A DNA stretch of 63,923 nt, counting the filler, from Folioceros fuciformis (Eukaryota), in NCBI GenBank assembly GCA_049999805.1. It is 18 parts of 18 records of this genome, joined end to end, with 100 filler letters (N's around TTAATTAATTAA, not from the genome) between each part and the next. Parts side by side here need not be neighbours in the genome. Positions count along the whole stretch, not along the records: positions 46,796 to 49,852 come from JBNGIO010002378.1; positions 49,953 to 54,149 come from JBNGIO010002379.1; positions 54,250 to 57,014 come from JBNGIO010002380.1; positions 57,115 to 59,744 come from JBNGIO010002381.1; 14 more parts are not named here. One strand, given 5' to 3'. Below, piece after piece: positions 48,116 to 59,844 of the stretch; within the stretch, counting starts at the first letter, position 1, and each line of letters begins with the position of its first letter. The notes below the pieces were generated by a model. It was not told the origin of the DNA. It worked only from the letters and a program-made list of their open reading frames with translations, and ran no database searches. The translations under genes were made by a program, and so were the position numbers.

Positions 48116-49474
48116 AATTTGCCTGTCAGGTGCGGCGTCTGTGGCTTGAAGAGCCACCTTAAGAAGACTTGCCCTCTCCGTTCAAGAGCCGGGAATGGTG
48201 GGGATAAATCGGAGAAGGCCCCCTCGGGACCTTTGCCAGGCTTTCAAGGTGTTCTCAAGAAACCTTGGAGGTCCAACCCCGACACGCAACTATGGGCAAA
48301 TAGAATTCATAAGTGTTTCTTCCCAGGTAGTGTGGATGCAGTCAACACACACATCAAGGTGTGTGTCCTTATGAGGAAGAAGGTGGGTAAGGTTTTCTAC
48401 TATTGGATGCCGACGGTGGGAGATTTCAGAGCCTTACCTACGCGCTCCCTCCAGGTTGGGGCTGCGATGGGGCACCAGTTTTCCATTTTTTTGGATACTG
48501 TTAAGCTGAGGTCTCGAGGTATGCTTCAAGCGGGGCTGGGGTATGGAGAACAAGTCGTGAGAAAGGTTCTTCAAGGGGCTTGCCACAGTATGGTGTGCCA
48601 CCGACTGGAAGACTCCTCTTCCATCTTGTTTGCAGTCACACTGATTGAGGTGGGTGCTGAGTGTCCAGTTCGGGACAATGGTGTGTCACAATGGATGGGG
48701 GAACCACAGGTGATGGCCTACATTAGGGATGCAAAGTTCGGCAAAGGTAAAGTCACACTGGCTTCTAGGGTGGTCTTCAAGGCCCATTTGGGATTCTTGG
48801 GCTTACTTGCTGCCCCGATCTCGATTAGTTTACCTGGCACTTGGGAGCTTAGATGGGAAGAGGATATGTTCGCAAAGGATTCTGTACCCATGGAGGTGGA
48901 CCTTGTTAATGGCGAGCACTCCAGGAATGCAAGGATGTCGCCAGCAAACAACTTATGCGCCCCTCATAAAGAGAGACAAGGTACAACCGAGGGTCCAGAG
49001 TGCCATGTTGCTACCAAGAGCCCAGACAAGTTGGTGCGCGGGTCTCAACTTGCCTCCCCCGAAAGTGCATCGGCCAGGAAAGACTTGAGAGCAGTGTTTG
49101 ATGCCACCAAGCCTCTCAGCGTCTCTAAGGTAGTCTCGACCGCTTGCAGTGAGCTTCCCACTCCAGGAAGCTCCTTTGGAGTAGCTCGGGACAGTGTTCC
49201 CGAGGGGGGGGTAGTAGGGTCGGTGCTCGCTGGTAAGCCTTTGGTCGGGGGGAATGTGCTGGCAGCATGCAAGGGTGATGGGAATCAAGACTGGAGGCAG
49301 GCTAGTTGGAGGCTAACAGTCATTTTTTTTGAAAAATGCCCTTCTTTTTTCAAGGTTTGGAGGCAGGGTTTTGCTGAGGTCTATTCGGGATATTTGCATG
49401 CAAAGTATGTCTGTACATGTGTGCAAGTGCTTGTGAGACATCAAAGAATTTTTTTTTCTCAAACATTACTTTAA
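48116..49474 (+). CDS. Unrelated ORF with CCHC knuckle (LINE ORF1-like) fused in frame to copia protease
   Basis: LNLPVRCGVCGLKSHLKKTCP (CX2CX4HX4C), followed by about 430 further open codons and an A-tract at about 49505-49518. Confidence 0.45.
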   Translation, partial: NLPVRCGVCGLKSHLKKTCPLRSRAGNGGDKSEKAPSGPLPGFQGVLKKPWRSNPDTQLWANRIHKCFFPGSVDAVNTHIKVCVLMRKKVGKVFYYWMPTVGDFRALPTRSLQVGAAMGHQFSIFLDTVKLRSRGMLQAGLGYGEQVVRKVLQGACHSMVCHRLEDSSSILFAVTLIEVGAECPVRDNGVSQWMGEPQVMAYIRDAKFGKGKVTLASRVVFKAHLGFLGLLAAPISISLPGTWELRWEEDMFAKDSVPMEVDLVNGEHSRNARMSPANNLCAPHKERQGTTEGPECHVATKSPDKLVRGSQLASPESASARKDLRAVFDATKPLSVSKVVSTACSELPTPGSSFGVARDSVPEGGVVGSVLAGKPLVGGNVLAACKGDGNQDWRQASWRLTVIFFEKCPSFFKVWRQGFAEVYSGYLHAKYVCTCVQVLVRHQRIFFSQTLL

Positions 49475-50126
49475 GCATATAAATCTTCGGGGAGGAAGAA
49501 GGGTAAAAAAAAAAAAAGTCATCAAATTATCCCTCTTTTGCTTCACAAGTGTGAACCTCCAAAGTTTGGAGTAGAAGTTTGTTTTGGTTGAAAAAGAGTT
49601 AATAGTAGTTCCCTTTTCTACTTATTTTCCCTAATTTTTCTTTATTTTCTGGTCATTTTTCCTATTTTTCTTTGTGCTAATTAGGTTAATTGGCTAAGAA
49701 ATAGTCGGTTTTGTTATAAGAGTGGGTATAGGTTTGGTCTTAGACCTGGGAAGGTTTAGGTCCGGTACCAAACCATAGGGTCGGGAAAGGTTGTGTCTAG
49801 GTCTGGTGATTAGTTTAATATTTATTAAAGATGTATAATATTAAATGATTAANNNNNNNNNNNNNNNNNNNNNNNNNNNNNNNNNNNNNNNNNNNNTTAA
49901 TTAATTAANNNNNNNNNNNNNNNNNNNNNNNNNNNNNNNNNNNNNNNNNNNNGAGCCCTCGAATCCATCATCGAGTTCATCAAGTCCGACCCTCCACCCG
50001 CAGCAGCAAGGAACCCCATCGCTCCTTCGTGGGAACGAAACCCAATGTCTCAAACGACAGTGGGATAAGTGTGGCCACTAAAGGTGGGACCCTTCGGCAA
50101 TCAGTGCCCGGGGTTTTGCCTCCACA

Positions 50127-52517
50127 CTGATCCTCAGACAGATGAGCATATGCTGTTGCACCAAATATTCTGAGATGATTGATTCTCGGCTTATGGTTTG
50201 TCCAGCGCTCATATGGAGTTGCTCCTGTGAACACACTGGTAGGAACTCTGTTCCTGATGTACACTGCCGTACATACTGCTTTAGCCCAGTATCCTCTCGG
50301 AAGTCGTGCTTGCTGGAGCATTGCTTTTGCTGATTCCTGTGTATGCCGATTGGAAATTTCAGCTATGGGATTTTGTGTTGACGTGTATGGAGTCGTCAGC
50401 TGTCTGGCTATGCCTTGTCTCTTGCAAAAGCTGGTGAAGGCATCTGAGATGTACTCGCCTCCGTTATCACTTCTCAAGACTTTCAGCAGCTGACCTGTTT
50501 GTCTCTGTGCAAACATAACAAACTCCATGAAACAATCCAGAGTTTGACCCTTCTGTTTGATGGGATACACTACCGTGTATCGGCTCCAGTCATCTATGAA
50601 TGACAGAAAATATCTGGCTCCACCAAGTGACATTGTGGACATAGGTCCACATATATCTGAGTGTACTAGCTCCAAGAGCTTGGTAGCACGTGTTGGATTA
50701 CTGTCTTTGTATGGAGCTCGGTGGTGTTTGCCAAACACGCACGCCTCGCAGAAAGGCTTCTCCGCAGGCTTCATCAAGAACCTTTCCCGGTAAAGTGTTT
50801 CACTGTTGACCATCATATTCAATTTGTCAAAGTTAGTATGTCCCAATCGCGCATGCCACAGCCTGGCATCCTGCTCATCCTTCTGTGCCTGTGTCAGGTT
50901 CGCCAATGGTCTCCCATGCCCATACTGAATATCTAGCTTGTACAGATTGTGTTCTGGTGTCCCAATTGCAAAAACTTCTGATTTGTTTGCCTGGTCAACA
51001 ATATGGCACTGACCATTTTCACACATGGTGCTCAATTTATGCTGTACGTCTAACAGGTAAACTGACACCAAATTCTTGACCAAGGTTGGTACATGCAGAA
51101 CCTCTAGCAAGATTTCAACTCTACCAGTTGTGTTTTGGACAGGAACTTTGCCTATTCCTTTAATTGGCAGACCTCGGTCGTCACCAAGGAGCACAACCTG
51201 ACCATTTGGGACCTTTCTGTACTCAGAGAATGCTGATCTAGTATGGCAAATATGTGACGACGCACCTGAATCGAGGTACCATGCATGTCTGTATTGTGGT
51301 GTGGACACCATATATACTGCTAGAACTGTGCTAGGCTTTCTAGATGCCATGTTGGCTTCAGGTGGAACTGTACGGCGAGGCTCACCCGCCTTCTTTTTCC
51401 TGCACTCCGCCTCCCAATGGCCTGGGATCAGGCACCAGTTGCAAGAGCCCTTTTTCTTGTTAGCAGATGATGTTGGGCGGCGCTTGAAACTCCCACTGCC
51501 ACCAGCATTCTGGTTCTGTGATCCCTGTCGTGGTGGCTGCCTTTTTGAGCCTCTATTCGAAAAGAGAACTCGATTTGAGGACTCTCCTCTGGAGGAGGTA
51601 CCACCCTTGCTTGCTATCCTCGTGGATTCTTCCTCCAGGAGGGCTCCAATCAGGTCTGAGAGGGAAACTGCAGGTGTCTGGCCTGCTGGTGTGGCCTGGG
51701 CCACATTCCGCATATGTGTGCAGTGATTGCTCACAAAGACTCGATAGCTATCAGGCAGGGATAGGAGAAGGGCCACAGCAGCCTGCATCTCAGTGGTTGC
51801 AGTCCCACTTGAGGTAAGCTTAGACCTCAACATTCTGAACTTGATGACGTGTTGCTCCACTGACTCGTGCTCTTTCATCTTACAGTTGTAGAAGGCACGA
51901 GTTGCACTCACCATTGATGATCCATTCGACACTCTGTAAATTTGGTTCAGGGAGTCCCAAACATCCTTTGTTGTGTCAGCATCTTGAGTATGGTGCATCA
52001 TTGACCCGTCGAGAGCTGACTGAATGATGCCCAAGGCTCGAAGATTTGATTTTGCCCAAGCGGCTATATCAGCCTGGGCTGCTCCTTGCGGAGGCTTGGG
52101 CACTGTGCCAGTCACGATGCCCCATAGGTCGTGCTCTCTCAAGATGGTCTGTAATCTGAGAGCCCAGATGTCAAACTGGGTGCCATTGAACCTATCTCTC
52201 TCCTTAAAGTCTATTTTCACATTTGTGACTGTGGTTGTATTGTTTGTGACAGTCTGCGGTGGCAGATTTGCCATGTTTCCAATAGCTTGATGTGAAAGGG
52301 CTGATCCTGCTTGTGCTACAGCATACGCCTGAGCTAGCTGCGCAACGGATACAGCATGCAAGCTTGTGCTTGACTGTGAGGAGGCAGTCTCCTGATTTAG
52401 GCCAAGTGGGTCAACTAGGTAAGGATCTGGATTTGTATTTCCACCCCTTCCTGTATCACGACCTCTACGCCTGCCTCTTGGGTTTCTGATACCCCTACCA
52501 TGGTTGCTATTGGACAT
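50127..52517 (-). CDS. Gag-protease-integrase of element 2 (open, truncated)
   Basis: CNWCLIPGHWEAEC, WYLDSGAS, WHARLGH, VHSDICGP, RSDNGGEY. Confidence 0.95.
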
Positions 52518-52626
52518 GAGCTAGCTTTAGGAAGATGCCTGATCATGGGTGAGCGAGAAGTAGATTCTCGTTCCCATGATTAAAGGTTACAGACTGAGGC
52601 TGATTTATCTCCACGTTTCCCACAGG

Positions 52627-53100
52627 TTAGGCCTGGTTGTTATGCAGATTTGTGAAAATAGGTACCCTGGTTAGCAATTCGATCTGCTGTGTGAGGGTCA
52701 CTATCTGTCTATGGGAGTTTATGACCCTGTCTGTCAAGTCACACACCTGTTGCCTATGCCTCTCTGATTCTGACCTGAAACTTGTGTATAACTGCTGAAG
52801 GGAAAGGTCAGGCTTGGGAGGATATGTGTTTGCACAAATTTTGCAGGTGGGGATTTCGTTTGCTTTCTGTGCACTAATTGCAAGTGCTCGATTTATCTCC
52901 TTGCGAATTTGATTCCTAAGACTCGCTAAGGGATCTGGCTGTACAGGTTTCTGAAAAAGACTGCTCTGCCTTTGTGATGCAGACCTGGAAGACAAATTAA
53001 AAAGGTGTTGAAGATTTTTATGTTGCTCTTCTACACTATGTCCAGGACTGCATGCAAACGAATCTAGGGGTATTTTACCCTTCCCACGTGCTCTCGGCAT
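52627..53100 (-). CDS. Extra 5' ORF (ORF0) of element 2, 157 aa
   Basis: Intact ORF between PBS and gag: MPRARGKGK start, CKIC, C-terminal heptad repeats. Confidence 0.65.
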   Translation of the reverse strand: MPRARGKGKIPLDSFACSPGHSVEEQHKNLQHLFNLSSRSASQRQSSLFQKPVQPDPLASLRNQIRKEINRALAISAQKANEIPTCKICANTYPPKPDLSLQQLYTSFRSESERHRQQVCDLTDRVINSHRQIVTLTQQIELLTRVPIFTNLHNNQA

Positions 53101-53396
53101 CCCTACTGTCTACAAATAGCAATGAAAGACTGTTTCTGCTAGAACCATGTGCCCCATGTCCTTTGTACTAACCAGCGCTGCTCTAATTGCAGAGATTACA
53201 CAACGGAATTGCTCGTCGGACAATCTCATGATGTAAGTTTTGCACTGCTTAGATAACGACAATGGGAAATCCATGTTCTAATTAGAAAATTTTTGTGTGC
53301 AAGGTATTAAATTTGTCCATTTGATTCCTGTTCAGGAACCAGGAAGTGCTACGCCTCAACAGAGGGCGTATTGGCAATTTTTAACACCCAAAAACA

Positions 53397-53410
53397 TGGC
53401 TCTGATACCA
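53397..53410 (-). promoter_or_regulatory. PBS for tRNA-iMet 3' end
   Basis: TGGTATCAGAGCCA directly after the LTR CA. Confidence 0.95.
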
Positions 53411-53671
53411 TGTAAAAATTCTAGATTGAGATCGATAGATGCACACAAAATTGTAGAAAAACAAGTAAGTGAATTAGGCGTGGCCGGGATGGCCTTAAGG
53501 CATGGAGAGAGTGTGCACCGCTTCATCGTAGCGGTTAGGGTTGCGACTCTCTCTAAAGACGTGACTCCTATGAAACGCTCCCAGCGTTTCATACCCCGGC
53601 TTTATGCCCTAATAATAAATAATTAATTAAGTCTGGTTATTAAATGCATAACCTATTCATGCTTTTTTTCA

Positions 53672-54149
53672 TATCTTGTTCTCATACAAAGCCTCTAATT
53701 TCAGCCAAGCCTCTCTTGCTCATTTGCAAGTGGTCACATGCATCAATTGTGCATCTTCTAAGTTGAAACAAATATTTGCAAAGGCCTTGCCTGCAAGCTC
53801 ATCCCACTTGGGTTGTCTCTCCACTTCATTTGGATGCTCCTCGGTCCTCGACACAATTCCCCAAAGGCCTTTTTCAGCCAACAACATTTGCATCTTGAAC
53901 TTCCACAAGTTGAAGTTGTCACCTCCAAACTTTGAGATAACTTGTAGAGTGACGGTCCCTTGGGTGTGTGGGCCCATAACCTGTTGAGATGTCACCCTCG
54001 CCATGCTCAAAAGAGGTTAAAACAAGGTAGTTGAAGCAAGATGCAGAATCCCAAAAATAAGAGCACTATAACAAGGCTCTTAAACTTAAATAAAAGGAGA
54101 ATTACAAAAACAACACAATACAAGTGAAGAGGGAGTTAGACTACAAATA
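53672..54149 (-). mobile_element. Copia element with family E 5' LTR (53982-54149), half-tRNA PBS and gag start; host of element 2
   Basis: KFGGDNFNLWKFKMQMLL...AWLKLEALYENK, interrupted by the element 2 LTR. Confidence 0.85.
53968..53981 (-). promoter_or_regulatory. PBS complementary to the tRNA-iMet anticodon arm (half-tRNA primer)
   Basis: GGTTATGGGCCCAC immediately after LTR end CTCAACA; complementary to GTGGGCCCATAACC of the tRNA at 36003-36074. Confidence 0.9.
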
Positions 54150-54249
54150 NNNNNNNNNNNNNNNNNNNNNNNNNNNNNNNNNNNNNNNNNNNNTTAATTA
54201 ATTAANNNNNNNNNNNNNNNNNNNNNNNNNNNNNNNNNNNNNNNNNNNN

Positions 54250-57014
54250 GAAGTTTGAGGTGTGGTCAAAGCGCATGAAGACTGCGCTCAACACTTAGGA
54301 TCTTCTTCCCATCGTGGAAGAAACCATTCCCAAGCCCACTGCTAATCTGGCTGCCATTGATGCTTGAGTTCGTCAAGATCGACAAGCTATGCAGATGTTG
54401 ATCTCTAGCCTCGATGAGGTTACCTTACACCATACGGATGGTGCGTCCACATCTGCTGAAGCTTGGAAGCAAATCACTGACATCTATCAGTCCACTAACG
54501 TGATGACGCTGGTCTCGGTACGCCTGGAATTCTATTCTTTGCACATGTGCCCCAATGACAGCGTTGCTCAGCACGTTAGCAAGTTTCGATATTTGCGAGC
54601 CTAGATTGCTGCTCTTGGGGCAACCATTATCGAATTTGAAGCTGCTGTTCAGTTATTGGCTAGCCTCGTGGCTAGCTACCAAACATTTGTCTCCTCTCAA
54701 AACCAAATGGTGAGAAATGCACATCAGGCTGTGCAGTTGGGTACGGTTCCCAATATCACCGTGTCCGAGATCGCTGGAGAACTCCTTCAAGAGGAGTCTG
54801 CCAGGTTCAATGTCGGGACCTCCAAACATGGAGGAGAGAGGGTCATGTTCGTCTCCACAGGACGGCAATCGCAGCGTAAGAATTCTTATAATAATAACAA
54901 TCGAAGGAATAACTCCACAGGTACTCCTAAGCCTGCTTCCTTAGCACCCTCTTCGTCGAAGACACCAAAGCGGCAAGGTACATGCAATTGGTGCCAGTCC
55001 CCAGGTCATTAGGAAAGGGAGTGCAGGAAGAAGCAAGCTGGTGAGGCCAAGCACAAACCTCGCACGCCAAATACCATGGTGGTTTCGATTAAGGCCAAGA
55101 ACCATTCTAACCTTGGCGTTGCTCTCACTGTTTGTCTTGTGACCTTTGAGTACAAGAGTTCCTGGCTGATAGATTCTGCCGCGTCAGTGCATATCTGTAG
55201 CCACAAGCCGATGTTCGCTACGTATGCAGCGTATGCTGATACTCAGCGTTTTGTACTACTTGGGGATGACTCTGGCCTTTCTATTGCGGGACATGGTTCC
55301 ATCACCTTCACTTTGGATGATGGTTCCTTGCTGTTTCTTACTAATGTGCTACATGTTCCCCAGATGGCCAAGAATCTTATCTCTGTTAGACAGCTCGTGC
55401 GGGATGGATCCTTTTGCCTCAACTTTGGCCCTGGAGACTGTTTGTTATCTCGGACTTCTAACCCACGGGTCATTGTTGCTAAAGGTCGTCCTCGTCATGA
55501 TTTATATGTCTTTTCAAGCAAGCCCGTGCCTTCAGCGGCTGCCTCTACGGTGGTTTCCTCTCACGGAGACCAGCCTCATAGGAGCTCGCATCCAGGTGTA
55601 GCTCTCTTGTGGCATTGCCGACTCGGGCACCTCAACCTTGCTCGACTACTTACCACCTCCCAGCAGGACTTGTATCAAGATAAAATTCCTAAGCTTTCAT
55701 CAACACAGCCTCTCTGCAAAGCTTGTGTCCTTGCTAAACAGAGAAGTTCCCCTTATCCTACTCTTCCTGCTCGTCGGTCTTCAGCACCTTTTGATTTGGC
55801 CCATGTAGATTTATGTGGTCCTCTACCTGTCTCGTCTCCAGGCAGAGCAAATCACTTTATGACTGTTGTAGCGTAGGATCGATAGCACGCAGCGTAGAGA
55901 GAAAGCTTGTGTTCAGATTAAAAATGAATGTGCGTGTGAGGCCCTTATGTGGCCGTGTCAAGTGAAACGGCATGGCGGTTAACCGTTGACGCTTCGGTGC
56001 ACCTGTTCGTGCACTTAATATATTTAAGTATATATATGGCTATTTATTAATGACCTAAACCTATCCAGGACGGCGGGATACGGGCTAGTTAGGGCACCGT
56101 TTCTCGCTATGTTGTGGATGACTTTAGTCCATATACGTTTGCCTTTCCTATCCGTCTTAAGAGTGACTCGTTTAATGTGTTCTCACCCTTTGTTACTATG
56201 GCCGAGTTACAGACTGGCCATAAACTTCGGTGTATTTGCTCTGACAATGCGGGAGGGCTAAACAACCTTCAGTTTCGCGACTTTTGCGAGCAGCGTGATG
56301 TCTTGCGTCAGTTTACTGTGCCCTACACTTCTTAGCAGAACGGCGTTGCTGAGAAGGCCAATGGTGATTTGATGTCCATGGCTCGTGGCATGTTGGCACA
56401 GTCCCAGCTGCCCAAGTCCTTTTGGGCTGAGGCTGTGTCTACAGCGGTGTATATTAAGAACAGAATCCTCACCAAGTCGATTTCTGGCCGTACTCCTTAT
56501 GAGTGTTGGCATGGGAGCAAGCCTTTAATTTCACATCTTCGTGTTTTTGGTTGCCCTGCCTATGCTCTTGTCCCATCACAGCTTCACGACAAGCTTGATG
56601 CTCGTGCTCGCAAGTTGGTGTTTGTCGGTTATGGCGATGACCGCAATGCCTACAAGCTCTTGGACTTGGACTCTCGGATTCCTATCTATGCCCGCACTGT
56701 CACCTTTGATGAAGCTAAGATAGTGTCTGCTCTTGCGACGTCATTTGAGTCTCCTCTTGACGTGCAAGATGGTGCTTCCTCTGGCTCGAGCACTCCTCGC
56801 TCTTCTGGTGATACTTCTATTCATCACTTTGTTCAGCCCTTTACTTTTTCGACTGTTAGTGTTCCTCCTTCTCCTGTGGCTCCTATCCCTCAAGCAGTTC
56901 TAGTGCCGCCTATTGCTGGTCCGGCTCCCCAAGTGCAACCTGCTCCTGCGTCACCTGTTCCTGCTCGAGAGGGGGACATGGAAATAGACCACAAGGTAGT
57001 ATCTGAGGACCCAC
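54250..57014 (+). mobile_element. Degenerate copia gag-PR-INT
   Basis: CNWCQSPGH, WLIDSAAS, WHCRLGH, HVDLCGP, SDNAG, FWAEAV, with several TAG stops. Confidence 0.9.
55869..56109. mobile_element. 241-bp insertion (probable solo LTR) with TAGCG...CGCTA ends and 5-bp TSD TGTTG
   Basis: Removing it plus one TGTTG restores the integrase frame HFMTVVDDFS. Confidence 0.8.
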
Positions 57015-59844
57015 NNNNNNNNNNNNNNNNNNNNNNNNNNNNNNNNNNNNNNNNNNNNTTAATTAATTAANNNNNNNNNNNNNNNNNNNNNNNNNNNNNN
57101 NNNNNNNNNNNNNNTGTACAGTGTCTGGTAGGATCGCGGGCAGCGTGTTGCCGGTTGTATAATGTCTGGTAGGATCACAAGGTGTAATGACCAGGGTGTA
57201 GGGGCTTGCCCCTAGCTCTTGATTGTTAAGGATGTGTCTTTCTCTCAACCTGTCCACTCTTGTTCCTTGCTTGGACAAGTGCTACAGGCCGACCATGGCT
57301 CATGGCATCTGGTAAGGTTGTGGGGAGGAGATATCCAAGAGGGGAGTGTGTTCCCTTCTTTCTTTTCTTTGGGGTTAGTCTAGTGACTCTTGCCGGGTAG
57401 GAGGAGTTAGTAGGGAAGTGTAGAAGGTAGTGGTGTCATTGTTAGTTGCTGGTGTTGGTGCTGGAGTGAGAGAGTGAGTGAAGTGAGTGAGGGAAGTCGC
57501 AGATGTAAGAGGTTAGGGTCGTTGTAGTGACTGCAGTGAGTTTGTGGGCACCGAGAGAGGTGCAGTTGACCGCCGGATAGTGAGGCTTGTCCTACGCCTG
57601 ATCGGAGCTGGAGGGGAGCCCTCGAATCCATCATCGAGTCAATCAAGTCTGACCCTCCATCCACAGTAGCAAGGAACCCCATCGCTCCTTCGTAGGAACG
57701 AAACCCAATGTCTTAACGACAGTGGGATAAGTGTGGCCACTAAAGGTGGAACCCGTTGGCAATCAGTGCCCGGGGTTTTGCCTCCACACCCACCCCAAAC
57801 CCTAACTAATTATTTCCGGCGCAGGCATCGCCGCGGGTTTCCACCCATGGGTTTCTGCCCTAGACCTTCCAAACTCACAGAGCTGGCGTATTCCATGCTC
57901 CCCACACATGCAAGGGCTGATCCCTTGGGAACAAATCCTTGTAGATCAGCCACACCTCCCCACACACTCATGCAACATTCCACACACACAAAACACACAC
58001 AAGAGCTCTAGATCATAGTTATTTTCACAGGCCTACCCCCCAAGGGTCTCAATCTCCAACACTATCCACCAATCTTTAGCAAATCTTCAGCAATCTCCCA
58101 CAATCCCTCATGAGCTTCAACAAGCTCCCACAGCCACTCACAAACACTTCGAAATCTTGCAGAAACTCTCCGAATTTTGCATCCAATCTTCAGCATTCTT
58201 CCTCCATTCTCTAGCAATCTTCTCAGCCATTTCCTCTTCAAGTCTTTAGCAACGTTCCAGCTCTTCCAACAACTTTAGCAACCTCTCATAGTCCTCCACA
58301 AACGTCCAGGGGTTCCTAAGAAATTCCCCAGCAATCTTGTCCAAACCTCAGTAAACAATCACCCAGCAATTTCTCAACGATTTCTTAGCAAATCTCCTCC
58401 AGCAACCTTCCACGGTTCTCTTCAATCTTCCAGCTCTCTCTCCTCACCAGATTCAGCACGCAGCTAATGGTTCAGGAAATAAGGGAAGGAGGAAATCTCC
58501 CTCCACTCCAGCAACGGTAGATTCGTCCCTCTCCTCAGCTACGGACAAAAATCAGTCCTTACTCTCTTCTTCTCAAATCACTCCAGCTCCTCAACCTCCT
58601 TCTCCTCCTCCTCTCACTCACTCTCAGCCTCCTCTTTCTCCTTCTCTTCTCACTCACTCTTCACATGCACTCTCCAACACTTCTTCTTCTCAACACACTC
58701 TCTTCTCTCACACACTCCAGATTAAAAATGCAATCAACCAGTTCAGGGAATAAGGGAAGGAGAAGCTCTCCCTCCACTCCAGCAGCGGTGGATTCGTCCC
58801 CCTCATTTTCCACTGCAAACACAACTGGCCGGGAACAAGGGAAGGAGGTGCTCCTTCCACTCCAGCAACAGTGGATTCGTCCCCCTCATTTTCAGCTGTG
58901 GAGCAAAAATCCTCAACCCCCCCTAGGAGCGTCTTGCACTCAATGCCTCACCTAGACCTCTCTAGTCCCGCCATGGACAGCATAAGGGATCTCAACCGGG
59001 AGGAGTCTCAAACATTTGCTGATTGGAGAGGCACCAACAGGCACTCTTTGTACAGAGTTCCCAAGAGTGGGAGTCACAGCCTGTCATACAGTCTAGCTCT
59101 AAAATAGTCAACTTTAAAAAAGGTGCTCTTAATGGCAGGCGGCACCAAGTTAGAATAGCATTTTACGAAATCTTATTTAAATACTATTCTAGGATGCAGC
59201 CACTCCTGGTTTACCTTGGCGCCACTCTCTCTCCTCCTATTTATTCTTGTGGCCCACCCTCCCTTGCCACACAAAATCTTCAGGCTCTCCCTCCTTGCTG
59301 CTGATTGGTTACAGGCTTTCCTTCCATGCTGCTGATTGGACAAATCCTTCTAAAAATATCCACCTCACTCCTCCTGCTGGCTGACCCATCCTGGCTGTCC
59401 ACTCTATGCCCTCCAAGGATGCTGGTTGCCTCCTGTCACTCTGGCTGCAATTTTTGCTATTCCCAGCCTCCTGGTGCAGGTAGGGTTTCAGCAACCGTCG
59501 TCTCCCTTCGGCAACCGGCGTTGTCCCTTTGGCTACCGGTAGTCGCTTCGGCTACCTCCGTTGTCGCTCGACTACCGGTAGCCCCTTCGGCTACCGGCGT
59601 TGTCCTTCGGTGATCGTCGTCGAACTTCGGCTACCTGCTGTCGTCGAGTCACAGCATCCTTGTTTTCCAGCCCAAGTCCACAACTACCTACTCCCAAGCC
59701 CCTTTCTTATTTCTTATTTTTAGGGGGGGGTGCATATATAGACCNNNNNNNNNNNNNNNNNNNNNNNNNNNNNNNNNNNNNNNNNNNNTTAATTAATTAA
59801 NNNNNNNNNNNNNNNNNNNNNNNNNNNNNNNNNNNNNNNNNNNN

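Larger units (their letters stand above)
50127..53671 (-). mobile_element. Ty1/copia element 2, 5' half, cut in integrase by family C LTR
   Basis: LTR 53411-53671 (TGAAAAAA...TTTTTACA), PBS, ORF0, gag-PR-INT. Confidence 0.93.

Noticed and set aside
49980-50126. Novel C-terminal domain on element 2 integrase (QCGGKTPGTDCRR...)
   Set aside because: Read-through into an inserted family C LTR; the same peptide appears in ORF 41984..42277.
53297-53626. ORFs across the element 2 LTR and PBS
   Set aside because: They span the LTR-PBS boundary with non-ATG or incidental starts; probably spurious.
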